Of a stretch of 64,000 nucleotides of DNA, positions 1 to 11,900 are shown piece by piece. The stretch's first letter is position 1. The number at the start of each line of letters is the position of its first letter. The translations under genes were made by a program, and so were the position numbers. The notes beneath the pieces were generated by a model, which was not told where the DNA came from, did not search any database, and saw only the letters and a list, made by a program, of their open reading frames with translations. Origin of the DNA: Takakia lepidozioides (taxonomy: Eukaryota; Plantae; Bryophyta); assembly GCA_030704615.1 (NCBI GenBank), contig CM060733.1, positions 19,344,001 to 19,408,000 of the forward strand, written 5' to 3'.

Positions 1-867
1 GGAAGCAAACCAGCCTTGTATGCCATTGTTCGTCCTCATCAGGTGATGGCCTATCATCTACATGGCTATTGCCCTCCAAGAGCTCACCACCCCAAGTAAC
101 CACCCCTGAAAATGCAGCCAATGTGGGCAGCATGTTTCTATGATCCACCTACATTCCCAATAAACCCGTGCCTTGTTCAAAGCTGGAATTGTACCTAATG
201 TCATTCTGAACACTGCTTGGCAGCTCTGGAAAAGGGGAAAGAGGTCGACATGTTTGCAAAATGAAGGCCTTGCTTGGTGCTTGCAGAATCCATGGCAATG
301 TGGAGATGGCTGAACGTGCGGCATGAAGGTGTATTCTTCAACACATTTCACCCTGTTTTTCCCTGTTACCAAAGTAGTACCTAAATTTTCATGTTGCAAG
401 TTAGCTCATTTGTGATGTGAGGTTGCGTGAGTTTTATACCGATCCTTCACGATGGTGGGACAACCGCAATCACCAGGTGTGGCTTTTCTTAATGTACGAT
501 GTGAAGAAGTTCGTCCATCCTGCAAAGGTGGGCTCTTTGTACTTGTGAGTACCATGATTTGGTATTCTTCCTAATGTTTACAAGGTTATTGGGAGAGTTA
601 GCTTGCAGGTCTTAGCAAGCCGTGTTTCAATCTCTCCCTGCTCAGCTGGGCGTGGTGGTTCTCACAGACCAATCCGACATTACCTGACTACAGACAAACA
701 GCACGTACAAGAGGTCATTTTGGGTTGATGGTCGGTCAAATCCTCCATGGGTCAAGGACAATGTGGTGAGGGCACGTTTCAGCCTGTTTTGCCCTCTCAT
801 CAGACTTGGCCCTGAGATGCATGTTGAATTCTGCATGGGTGATAAGTAGGGTTGGGTGTTTGCTGGA

Positions 868-1695
868 ACAATTGTAGGCCGTCATTGTCAGCCGCTAGTA
901 GCAAGGGAAGGATGTATGCATGATTTGTGCAGAGCTTGGATAGCTGAGGGAGTAGGTGTAGAGTCTGGCCGGTCCAGATTCATCCAAGTGGGCGGGACTT
1001 CAAGCTCACGATTACCTATAATTCCCTGTGGATCAATAGCTGCAAGAAAATGCATGGGTAGATGGTCGACTGGAAGCCGCAACAGCAGCGGCACAATTGA
1101 TAAAATCAGGCACTGCTAATTAAGGCACCTTCTTCAACACATTTTCATCTTGTTTTTCCCTCTTATCAAATTGGCCCTAAATTTTCATGTTGAATTTTGC
1201 AAGTTAGTTGGTTGAGTGAACCTTTGATAGTTTGGAGTGACTTTGACATGGTACTGCCAATGTGACAACAGGGAAGTATCCAGTTCTAAACAGGTAACAG
1301 CTGAGACGAGGAGAAGCTGTGGAATGAATACTTTTCTGACCCCAGTCAATGGTGGGACAATCGAGGCAAAAAGGTGAATGCCTGTTGGATTATAGAGAGT
1401 AGCAGATGCAATTGACCATAGTGATAAGTTGAGTTGGGTATTCCCTAGAACAAATCTAGGCTGTCATTGTCAGGTGCTAGCAGCAAGGCAAGGCTATACG
1501 CATGATTTGTGCAGCGACATGTATAGCTAAAGGAGCAGCGATAGAGTCTGGGTCCAGATTCATCCAAGAAGGCCGGACTTCAAGCTCCAGATTACCTATG
1601 ATTCCATGTGGATCAATAGCTACAAGAAACCTGCTGCATGGATAGATGGTCAACTAAAGGTAACAGCGGCACAGTTGATAAAATCAGGCACCTCA
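868..1695. repeat. Diverged ~250-bp direct repeat (about 868-1130 and 1445-1695); the 1-2000 region is related in inverted orientation to the internal sequence of the Pack element at 27456-32443
   Basis: Both copies contain acaa..taggc.gtcattgtcag...gtccagattcatccaag...caagctc...gataaaatcaggcac. 1570-1720 matches the reverse complement of 29270-29415, and 640-720 matches the reverse complement of 31495-31585. Confidence 0.75.
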
Positions 1696-1734
1696 ACCAT
1701 GACGACAGCTTCTGAAAGTGGATCAAGAGAGGTG

Positions 1735-1998
1735 GCTGAACGAGATGTGGTCTTTTGGAGTGCCATGATTGCAAGGTATGTGCAGCATGGGTATGGGATT
1801 AAGGCTTTGGAAACCTAGGAGCAAATGATGTGGGATGGGATGAAGCAAGACCAGGTCATGTTCATTTGTGTTTGTAATATGCATATGGGAGCCTAGCAGC
1901 CCTGGGAAGGGGCAAAGAGGTTCATAGTGACATTATCAAAGCTAGAATTGTATCAGATGTCATTCTGAACATTCCCTTGGTGAACATCTACATCAAAT
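1735..1998 (+). pseudogene. PLS-class PPR gene fragment
   Basis: AERDVVFWSAMIARYVQHGYGIKALET*EQMMWDGMKQDQVMFICVCN...GKEVHSDIIKARIVSDVILNIPLVNIYIKC, with a stop and a frameshift. Confidence 0.8.
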
Positions 1999-2245
1999 GT
2001 TAGCCTGGCAACCCTGGCCAGAGAAGAACATGAAGAGGGCATACAATTTCGTTCGCCCGGGCGTAGACATTGCTGGCAATGAGAAGAAGGAAGAAAAGCA
2101 GTTCAGTGTTCCTAGCATGCATGCGGAGACGTCGTGTAGAAGTTAGGCTTAGACTTTTATCATGGCTGGATTTTGTTGACAGTGTTCCAGCACTTACTCT
2201 CTGGGATTTATTTTTTATTTTGTGGAGCTTGAATCCCCAATGGTA

Positions 2246-2681
2246 TGTCGTGCGCATACATATCACTACACAACTACATCGTCGTCCAAACTACACCACA
2301 CATATATGCACAATAAAGTAGTTTGTCACAATAATAAGAAAGAACTAAACTCAAATAACAAGAGAAACACAAAACACAACACCATCACTCTTTAAAATAA
2401 TAGTCGAGCCAGGGGCACCCCAAGCTATGGGGACTCCACCCCACAACAACCTATCCTCCCTTCATAAGCACACTCAGGTTCTGAACGGTGAAGGAGCTCG
2501 GTCGTGCAGGCTCAACTCGAGAGAGATGAGCCGCACGACTGACGCTCTCGTGAAGATAAGACGGTTCAGGTGTCAAACTAAACTTGACACCTGACTTAAC
2601 ACTTGAACTAAATCCAAGTGTTAAATACAAATAACTAGCTTTATTCTAGTTAGTTTCACACTGTGTTTATTTAACTTGACA
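2246..2681 (-). repeat. B-A terminal repeat unit of the DNMT-Gypsy family (B 2681-2332, 1-nt spacer, A 2330-2246)
   Basis: Near-identical to B at 5475-5824 (350 bp) and A at 16541-16625 (85 bp). Ends TGTC...GACA. Flanks are GGTA (2242-2245) and AATG (2682-2685). Confidence 0.93.
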
Positions 2682-4617
2682 AATGCCTAAATTTCTTGAC
2701 TGCATAAATCATTGCCTAAGCTTCTCTTTCAGTAGTGCTATAGTTCCTCTCCGCACCGTTCAACCATCTGCTAGCATAGTATACAGGGAATCTATGTTTC
2801 CTGTGACATTTTGGGAGCTAACACAGCTCCCAATGCTTCTCCTGAGGCATCACAGTGTATATGAAATACTACATGCCAGTGAGGGTTAATCAGCACAGGT
2901 GTAGTTGTTACTGACAATATAAGTGCTTCAAATGCCTGTTGACATTCAGCTGTCCATGCAAACATTGCATCCTTCTTCAGAAACTTGCTCAGTGGAGCTA
3001 CCATCTGTGCATACCGTCTGACAAACCTTCTATAATAAGTAGTTTGTCCAAGGAACCTCCTTAGACCCTTAACGACACTTGGTGGTGGTGAGGCTTTAAT
3101 AGCCTCTGTCTTTCTAGGATCCACAAGCAGTCCCTTCTTACACACAATGTGTCCCAGTAGTACCCTTGAGTTCACACAGAAAGTACATTTTTCTGGATTC
3201 AGACCGAGACCTCTCATCCTGCATCTGGCCAAACATAACTCCAACTTCTGCAAGTGCTCATTCTTAGAGCTATACACACTGAAGTCATCTAAGAACACTT
3301 GCATGAAATCATCCAAATACTCATGGAAAGATTCACTTATCACTCTCTGGAAAGTTGCTGGTGCATTACAAAGTCCAAAAGGCATGACTTTGTATGCATA
3401 AGCACCTCAGTCTGTGATGAAAGCTGTCTTTCCCTAGTCTTCTTCCACTACTTGCACTTGGTTATACCCACTGAAGCCATCCATGAATGAGTACATCTCA
3501 TGGCCTGCCACAGTGTCCAGTACAACTTATGTGAATGGCAAAGGAAATGGATCTTTCTTTGTACAAGCATTCAACTTCTTATAGTTCACACAAACCCATT
3601 CACAACCAGCCAGCTTCTTGATCTCTTCCCCAACCTTCTGTACATAGTTAGGATTCATCACGTACCTTGCCTGTTTAATTGGTACTGACCCTGGTTTCAG
3701 TTCAATCTTATGCTAGCAGATCTTAGGTGGTATCCCTTTCAGATCCTCATAGCTCTAAGCAAATACATCTTTGTATTTGATAAACAGGCTCTTAGCTTCC
3801 TCAAAGAATTCTGGCTCCAAGTTAGCCCCTACTTCACCACTCTTGGTTCCTCCTCAGTTCCCACATTCACTTCTCTCACCTGCTCCTCAGCTGTGATTGT
3901 CCACCTAGCCACTACTTCATCCTGTAAACTCACAGTGGCTGGCTCTTCTAGGATTTCTATTTCTCCCTCTCTTTCCTCATAGAAATGTGGTGGGTAACTA
4001 CTTGTTCCCCCCCCCCCCCAATTGGTGTTGTTGTTACCGCACCACAACAGATACCTTTTAAGCAACTCAGACCTCCCAGTTGCATTTTTGCAACCTGCTC
4101 CCATTCTGGGTGTGCAGCAAACAGGATAGCTTCCTGCTCCTCATAAAGTCCTCCCCTCCAGTCATATTCTCTGACTCCACGAGGTCTTTTGGTAGCAGGC
4201 AGCCTACTAGATTTCTTAGTGGTGACCTGTATCTTGTGCTTCCCATCATGCACAGTTAGTAACTGGGAATTCCAGTCATGGAATACCCTGGCCTGTTTCA
4301 GCCATGGTCAACCCAGCAATAAGGAGTAAGCTTCCATGACATCATCCATTTTCAACACAGTCACTGTGATCTTAAAGATCATCTTCTGAATCTGTATCTT
4401 AACTCCTCTTATCAAGCCTAATGGTTGTACACTCATTTGATCTGCCATTGTTACTATGAATGGGGCTAGTTTCATGTTACGTAGACCAAGCTTCTGCCTT
4501 AATTGGTCTGTTATGATATTCACTCCTGAGCCTCCATCTATCAGTACATCAGTCAAGTCTGTGCTTCCAATTCTCAATTGGATTACTGGCATAGAATCAT
4601 CAAAGTCCATGACTATA
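2682..4617 (-). pseudogene. Older Ty3/Gypsy pol (protease, RT, RNase H N-terminal part), degenerate; continues at 16626 on the + strand
   Basis: VLIDGGSGVNII (protease), MPFGLCNAPATFQR and FLDDFSVY (RT), HCDASGEALGAVL and AMIYAVKKFRH (RNase H); stops and frameshifts present. Confidence 0.9.
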
Positions 4618-5470
4618 CACTAGAAGCAAACGTGGAATAACCACTCTGTTAACCACTCATTTTGGGTGGTAAAAGACACTAAACCACTCTGGCCTCAGAG
4701 TGATGAAGAACCAGTGCATTAAGACAAGTGAGTGGTAAAAGACATTACGTAGCACCGGTGGTTAAGGACAGTGGTTCGAACCACTCACGTCCGGGTCCAC
4801 CTGTTAGCTGACGTGTCACAGTGATAAATTAACCACTGTGACATATCACTGAGGTAAACCAACCACTTATGACGTGTCATAGTGGTAAAGTAACCAGTTC
4901 CGTTTTGTAGTGGAGACGTGTAAGCCGGTGGTCCGTGGATGATATTGGAGATTATGTCGACACGTGGCGACACTCTCAACATGGACACATGTCGTGTGTC
5001 AGTGCTACGAAATGGATGGAGTGAAAAATTCAATGACTTCCGAAACCACTTGTTGAGTGACCACAAAATGACTCATAGAGTCATTCTATGAAAACTGAGA
5101 ATATACAATATCACTCACAGAGTGGTTATGTGAGTGGATGACGTCTCTCAGCAGGTCATTGGAATGATTACCCACAGAGTGGTGTGTAAGCTATTTGAGT
5201 CATTCATGGTGTCTCTCTGAGTGGGAACTATGGATTGGAGTCATTACTAACAGAGTGGTGTGTAAGTGATTAGGAATACCATTGGAGGAATTCATACCAC
5301 TAGTACAATAATATATATGTGACTACTTATACCACTATACAAGTGGTAATGTAGGCAATTGTGTGCATTTGGCTACTCCCACAGTTTTAAATTATATCAC
5401 TATTACAGTGATGTGCAAAAGATTAGGAACATGACTAGAGGAACACATACCACTAGTGTAGTGAAAGAAG
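4618..5470. mobile_element. CACTA-like terminal/subterminal repeat region (non-autonomous remnant)
   Basis: Starts CACTAGAAG at 4618, TTTGTAGTG ends at 4912, and ACCACT/AGTGGT motifs are dense in both orientations. No matching 3-bp TSD was found. Confidence 0.45.
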
Positions 5471-5474
5471 TACC

Positions 5475-5824
5475 TGTCAAGTTAAATAAACACAGTGTGA
5501 AACTAACTAGAATAAAGCTAGTTATTTGTATTTAACACTTGAATTTAGTTCAAGTGTTAAGTCAGGTGTCAAGTTTAGTTTGACACCTGAACCGTCTTAT
5601 CTTCACGAGAGCGTCAGTCGTGCGGCTCATCTCTCTCGAGTTGAGCCTGCACGACCGAGCTCCTTCACCGTTCAGAACCTGAGTGTGCTTATGAAGGGAG
5701 GATAGGTTGTTGTGGGGTGGAGTCCCCATAGCTTGGGGTGCCCCTGGCTTGACTATTATTTTAAAGAGTGATGGTGTTGTGTTTTGTGTTTCTCTTGTTA
5801 TTTGAGTTTAGTTCTTTCTTATCA
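5475..5824 (+). repeat. 5' terminal repeat B (350 bp) containing three tandem hairpins
   Basis: TGTCAAG...TTATCA. Stems: 5504-5510/5518-5524, 5532-5543/5549-5560, 5562-5572/5580-5590. Confidence 0.92.
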
Positions 5825-5837
5825 CTCGAGAGAGATG
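5824..5837 (+). promoter_or_regulatory. Primer-binding site complementary to the element's own repeat B (putative self-priming)
   Basis: ACTCGAGAGAGATG (5824-5837) is the exact reverse complement of CATCTCTCTCGAGT (5628-5641). There is no TGG tRNA-type PBS. Confidence 0.75.
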
Positions 5838-7113
5838 GCTGTGAGTGCCAGAGGTGAGTTTAGTTTAGCACTTTGTGGTTTTTTGTTTTAAAAGTGAGAG
5901 AAGAAAATTATGGTAGATTATGTTTGTGACAAGGCTGGTGGAGTAGCAGGATGATGCACAAATGTAAGGAAGTATGTGTCTATTGGTAGCTGCTGACAAC
6001 CGTAACTCTGTCCCTGGACTTCTTCTCCGGAGGTGGAAGCCTGTGTGCAGCGTGCATGCAAGAGTGTGGTTGTGACAGGGGAACAAGCGCTTGCGGTTGC
6101 ATTGCTGCTGCAAATTGGGCACTCGGTGCGTCGCTATAACTGCAACTGTACAGGAGCACTGCGAGAGGCAGATTGTTCTGCAACCTTTGCTGTACCTGGT
6201 CAGTCCAATGGTGACACATCCATACCTTGTTAAAGCAATATGGACAGTTGTCGATGAGGACGGCTCTGTGAAGGACACTGCGAGCTAAGAAGGGCTCGGG
6301 TACAAGAGCACACACTAGAGCGTTTAAGCAAGTTAGGGCGGGAAAAAGCAGGCCCAAATAGCCAAGCACAGGAAGTAGTGAATGTTGATGGAAGACAACC
6401 TGTGACACTCCCATTTTGCTGGAGGAGATCGTTGATTATTTGATGTTCCCGGAGCTTCAGGTGCAGGCCCTACAATCGCTGGCTAACAAGATTGATTTAC
6501 AAGCTCCACGCTCAAGCTCCCACTCCACGCTAAAGCAGACATGGTGAAATGGAAGGGATGCACTCGGCTTTGTGGTAGTTGAAGCGACAGGGAATACGAT
6601 TGATACTCACCTTCACCAATAATTATTCTATCTTCGGTGGAAGGCACACTATGTGCAATGGGCGAGCCAGTATGCTGGTATCCATCTGAATTCGGAGGAC
6701 GGCGGCGTATGTGAAGAACTGGGATTCTAATCATGTGTTGGAGCTGCAGGGAGGTAGTGTGGTGGCGTAGGGTCGCAAACACGGGGTCGGGGACATTGGC
6801 TGGGAGGACAGCAACGGCAGTGGCAGCGCCGGCCGGGTAGAAGGCTGAAATGATATGCTTGGTGTCAGGTGGAATGGCGAGCAACCTTCCCCTCCAGCAG
6901 GTCCACTCAACACAGTTCAGAGACAGAGGAGACCTGTGACCTGTGTATCCATTTGGGGGACATAATGGTTTCCAGCAACGAGCTCTTAGGAGATCTACAG
7001 CAGTTTTTCTTCCCCAAATCACAGATGAATGAAGGAGACTGTCACCGAGATATGGAGTGAGTGGTTAACCAACCTGGAAGTTTGCGGCCAGTTTGAACGT
7101 TGTTGCTGCCCAA

Positions 7114-7185
7114 CTTGGCCAGGCACTCAGTACACGACCTGACATACTACCTAGTGATTACTGCCTGGAGCTTGCAAAGCGGCAG
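7114..7185 (+). pseudogene. Captured fragment of an ABC1 atypical kinase (ABC1K) gene
   Basis: LGQALSTRPDILPSDYCLELAKRQ matches the conserved ABC1K KLGQxLSTRPDILP...ELxKLQD motif. Confidence 0.75.
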
Positions 7186-7627
7186 GGAACATTGCAGACA
7201 AGTCCAACGGGGATGTTGCAGTGGATCAGTATACCGCTATCGGGGATGGCTCGAGTGCTTTCACCACGGAAAATAGATGCCTGACGCTGCACAGGCCATT
7301 GCCAAAGCCACAGCCATACACCCGAGCTCGAGAGTCGTCGCTGGAGCAAAGCAGCTCACTAAGAGAGCAAGCCTGTGGTGGTGCGCCTGTAACCACAAAT
7401 GAAACCTGGGAACAGTTTTTAATGGTGAGAACATTTTTGTGCTAATTGTTTTTATTAAAAAAAAACCCTTTTGAGCTAATTTCAATGATTTAGACCCTAA
7501 TTGGTCATATCTTTGGCAAATGAACTCCGTTTGACACAGTTTTTGAGGGGATAGCTGTAGAAAGGGGAAATCTACCTATCTAGTTTTATGGACTCTGCTA
7601 AAAATCTATGGAATTTTTTGAGTGTGA

Positions 7628-8458
7628 GTGTGCCATGAAAGATCCACAATTCTGTTTCTAGAACCTGTTGTGGTCTACATGAGAGATAAATCTGGGGATG
7701 TACTCCTTACGGCTGGGGGAAATGAGGACGTAATTGAAGGGCAGGTCTCTTCTCTTAGCCTGTACACCCAAGGGGACAAGATTTATGTTTCTCAAGGAAC
7801 TCAGACTGATTTGAGTGGAGAACAGTTGGACGAGTTGATTGCATACTGGGAGTCAGGCATTAGCAGTAGACAACAAACTGCTGTAGTTGGCGTTGAGGGC
7901 CTCAATATCGCTTTGGACAGTCAGAACTCTGTTGGAGCCAGCAGTTCTGCAGCTATAAGTGAAATACCAAAGTGGGTGAAAGCTAGGCTTGGAACACAGC
8001 CAAAGACAGCCCCAGGGACCAAGGTGTTCAGCCACAAGGCCGTGGTGTACTGGAGCAGATGAGCAGGAGCTACACAAGTTTGCGCAATCAGACATGGTTG
8101 CAGCCGGACACGCTCTGCACAAGGCAACCACGAACGGGGGTTCATTAGCAATGACAAGTTTGTTCTGCTTGAAGGAGATGCAGCCATTCGCAATGAGGAC
8201 ACCCGCAACCGTCTCAAAGCTTTCGAGTTGAGAGACTGTCAGACCCTACCTTTATTTTCTTTAGTGTTCAGTGAGCGGGAGATAGGGGAGTATTGCTTTG
8301 TTTTTACCTGGCAGAAAGAGGAGGAGGGTTGGTTAGAGCGAGCTACTGTAGCTTGGGACAAGGTTAGTGGCAGGTTTCTGGACATAGATATACCTCCTAC
8401 ACCTTACCATCATGCAGAGCGAGGCACTTTGAGAGAAGTCTGGCAGTTGATAGCATAG
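7628..8458 (+). pseudogene. ORF0: extra ORF upstream of gag, unknown function (one in-frame stop at 8060)
   Basis: ORFs 7628-8062 and 8228-8458 are in the same frame. The homolog at 51841-51092 is open across this position (SRGAG vs SR*AG). Confidence 0.7.
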
Positions 8459-8978
8459 ATCAGGATTAGATCTTGCTTGGTCGGGCTTCTATTCTTCCCC
8501 TCCCTCTCTTTACTATTTTCATTATTTTGTACTTGTAGTTGCCAAAGCCTCTCTTGGTGGAGGCCAGTCAGTCCGGGGTTTTGGGCTGGGATATTCTGCA
8601 GGATCAGCATTGCAGATGGATTTTGGTGTGGGGGTGTTGATGTTTTGATTTCTTGTGTTTGGATCCTCCCCAACACCTGCATGCTTGACTGTGCGCCATG
8701 TTGGTTTTGTGTGGGCGCTTGCTTTCATAGGGATTAGGCCGGATTTGATCACCGGTCAATCCTAGAGTATGCTGTCGGTGGTGAGGCTGGAGTGATGACC
8801 AGCAAGACCACCAGTGTTTCTTCTATGGTGAGACTGGGTTGATGACCAGCCAACCATAGGAGTTCTTGCGGTGGATGCAGGTGCAGGTGCCCTGAGCCAC
8901 TGGGATATGACCCTTAAACTGCAGCAGGTGCCCACCCGTGTCACTATTAGAATTAGTATTAGAGCCTTATAGTGTCAC

Positions 8979-11900
8979 GTGGGGGAGGTGCACATTGTGA
9001 GTGTCATCACGGAGTTACCCAAGGGTTTTGAGGGGAGTACGGCTACAGGCAGTAATAGTGAGAGTGGGTTCACAAGACGAGGTATTTGGTTCAGACCACC
9101 TTCACCTCCACCCTCAACTATTGCAGAGTCTGACACAGACTCGGAGGCTTCATCAACAGGTGTGCAGTTTCCTTCGCCATTGTTGTGGGACGACATGGAG
9201 GAGATGTATGGAGCTACCAAGGGGCCTCGTAGGTACTCTGGAGCTATGGGCACAATCAAGCTGGATGACTTTATCCAGGAGTTTGACAGCTGGTGTGATT
9301 TGCAGCAGATGCGCAATCCACAGCTGTTCACCCCATTCATGGCGTGGAAGGGACTGTTCCAGCATTTGGAAGGCCCGCCTATGGACGATTACCACGAGTT
9401 CAGGCAAGGACATGAAGCAGAGATTGAGGAGTGGAGGATGTATTGGTCACCTGACTACGTCTCCATTACTCGAGGCACGACGTGACCAGTAGCTGCATCA
9501 GCACCAATATCTCCCACTGCCAGCACTAGTAGTGGAACAAGTAGTGCCGGTACTTCTGCAGGTGGTACCAGTTCAAAAGGTGTTACTACTCCTCCTGCCA
9601 CATCTACAACACATGTGCCTAGATTCAACCCGGTGGTGGAGTTCTTCCAGGAGTTGCGGATGAACTACCAAGGCGTACGGATAGAGAAGCTGCGAAGTTT
9701 GCAAGACTTCCAGCGCAAATCCAGTGAGAGCTTGCGAGAGGCCTATACTTGTATGAGGCGCTTGATAAGTGTGACCCAAAGGGTTACTGAAGCTCAGGCA
9801 GTCCAGTTCTGGTATGGAATTTTGGACAAGGAGTTCAGGAGAAGGGTGCGGGATGCAACCCTGTTACAAGCGGCCCAACCCACATTAACAGATGTGTTTC
9901 TGCTGGCTGAGCGGATTGAGCTCAACATGGTGGAGGAGCGAGTTGTTACCATTGGATTTGGCAAGGACATGCCTGCACGAGGCGCAGTTGCCAGCCAACA
10001 GGTACAAGGGACTGCCCAACAGCGTGGTCAGGGGGGCAAGGTTGCCCAACCCAAATTCCATGGAGCTTACAGGGGACCTCAGGTGCAGAGGCCAGTAGCT
10101 TCTTTTGCAGGCCAACAGCAACCAGGGGTGGTATGTTGGACATATGGAGGACCCCATGTCAAGAAAGATTGCCCAGAGAGTGGCAAAAGGCCGGCACAAG
10201 CACAGCCTGCACAGTTGCAGTGTGGGCATTGTGGCAAGTATGGGCATGAAGATGCCCAGTGTTATGACTTGCATCCTGAGTTGCGCCCAGGCCAGTTCCA
10301 AGGGAACAATGGTGGCTGGGCACGAGGTTTAGGCCAAGGGCAAGCTCAACATGGCCAAGGACGCGGAGGTCAGGGTGTTGACCAAGGCATGGCCAACCGG
10401 CTTCAGCAGCTAGAGCAGAGGCTCGCTGCCATGGCTACAACTCAGGTGGTACCGGCTCCCAGGCGGGATGGTCCACCTCCTGCTCCTGAGAGAGGAGATA
10501 TGGGAGACATGGGATTCATGTGCGGAGCAGCATTACCACTAGAGCAGGTGGAGTTTGCTGCAGCCGTGACTCGAGGAGCAGCACGAGTTCCTGAGCCACG
10601 AGGTGCAGAGGTGGAATTGGATCCACAGCGTGGGGAGGCAAGCCGTCAAGTGAGGCTTCCTCAGTCATTCACATTGGCGGAGACAGTGTCGACGCCATCC
10701 ATGGCACCTAGTTCTCGCCCGACTGTTACCAAGGCGGAGGTTACTATGCCATTGGGGAGAGCTACACGTGCATCACTGACACCTGCTACCAAGGCTAGTG
10801 CAGTCGGTGTGTTATTGGGGGCAGCCACCTCTGTGTGTCAAGCCCCACTGTTCTCCGCAACCATGATTGCGACGCCGGGGGTAAGACCAGCTGCAGTGTT
10901 CAGACTAGCAGCAACACTCTGTGAGAGTGGGGAGATCACTTCATCTTCTGCGGAGTTACTGGAAGGTGTAGTGGCAGAGGGATCCTCGGATTTGAGGGTC
11001 AAGACTGCCACGGCTGCGCCATGGCAAGCTGTAGCTGCCAAGTTGACGGAGCTGCCAGCTAGGCCAACCTTTGAGCGCGCCATGGTGACACCTGGAGTTG
11101 TCTTGTTAGACAACCAGGATGACATTTTCTCTTTGAGTGGACCGGCAGGCAAGAAGTACCAGCCACTGCGGGTCTTATTGGACTCGGGAGCTCAGCCACT
11201 GATGTTGGGCAGAGCTGCTATTGCAGATTTGGGCCTCATGGAGGCGGATATGGAACCTTGTCCTTTCCAGATACAGACATCTCTGGGAGGATCAGAGCAG
11301 GCTCGGGGCATGATACGGCGTGAGTTGACCATTAGACTGCAGCCGGATCATCCTATAGATGGCTCAGTGATGTGAGCCAAGGCCATTGTGACAGACGCGG
11401 TCTCTTACGATGTCCTCGTTGGTGGGGCAGTGTTATATCCCATGGGCTTCACCTTGGAATTTTGGGAGGAGTCAGCATCTTATAGGCCTGGATGGCAGTC
11501 AGGGGATGGTCGTCGTGCACAGCTCCCCGTGACATTCATTGGGGGTATTGCGGCTGCCCAGCGGGGCAAGATGCCAACACTAGTCGTCTTTACAGCTGCA
11601 GTTAGTTGGCCTAAAGAGTTGCTGGAAGGCAATGCCCATGCAGAGGATGTGCCACCTTCAGCAGAGCAGGATGACATGCATGGTATGGCGGAGTTGCCTG
11701 CCATGGTTGCTCACACTCCATTGTGGGGTACGAGCAAGGATTTGCAGCAGGCTGCTGATGGACGGGTGCAACAAGCCTGGGTAGAGGCCTTCGTACCGTC
11801 AGGAGAAGAGGAGAGTGCGGTGATTGCACCAGGACCACCTCAATTGTCGCCATTGGATACCATACCTCTTGTGTGGCAGTGCCCGGATGAAGACATATGC

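Noticed and set aside
2246-2681. Ordinary solo LTR (B+A taken as the LTR)
   Set aside because: The flanks GGTA and AATG do not match each other. In full copies the PBS follows B alone and the PPT precedes A, which does not fit B+A as a standard LTR.
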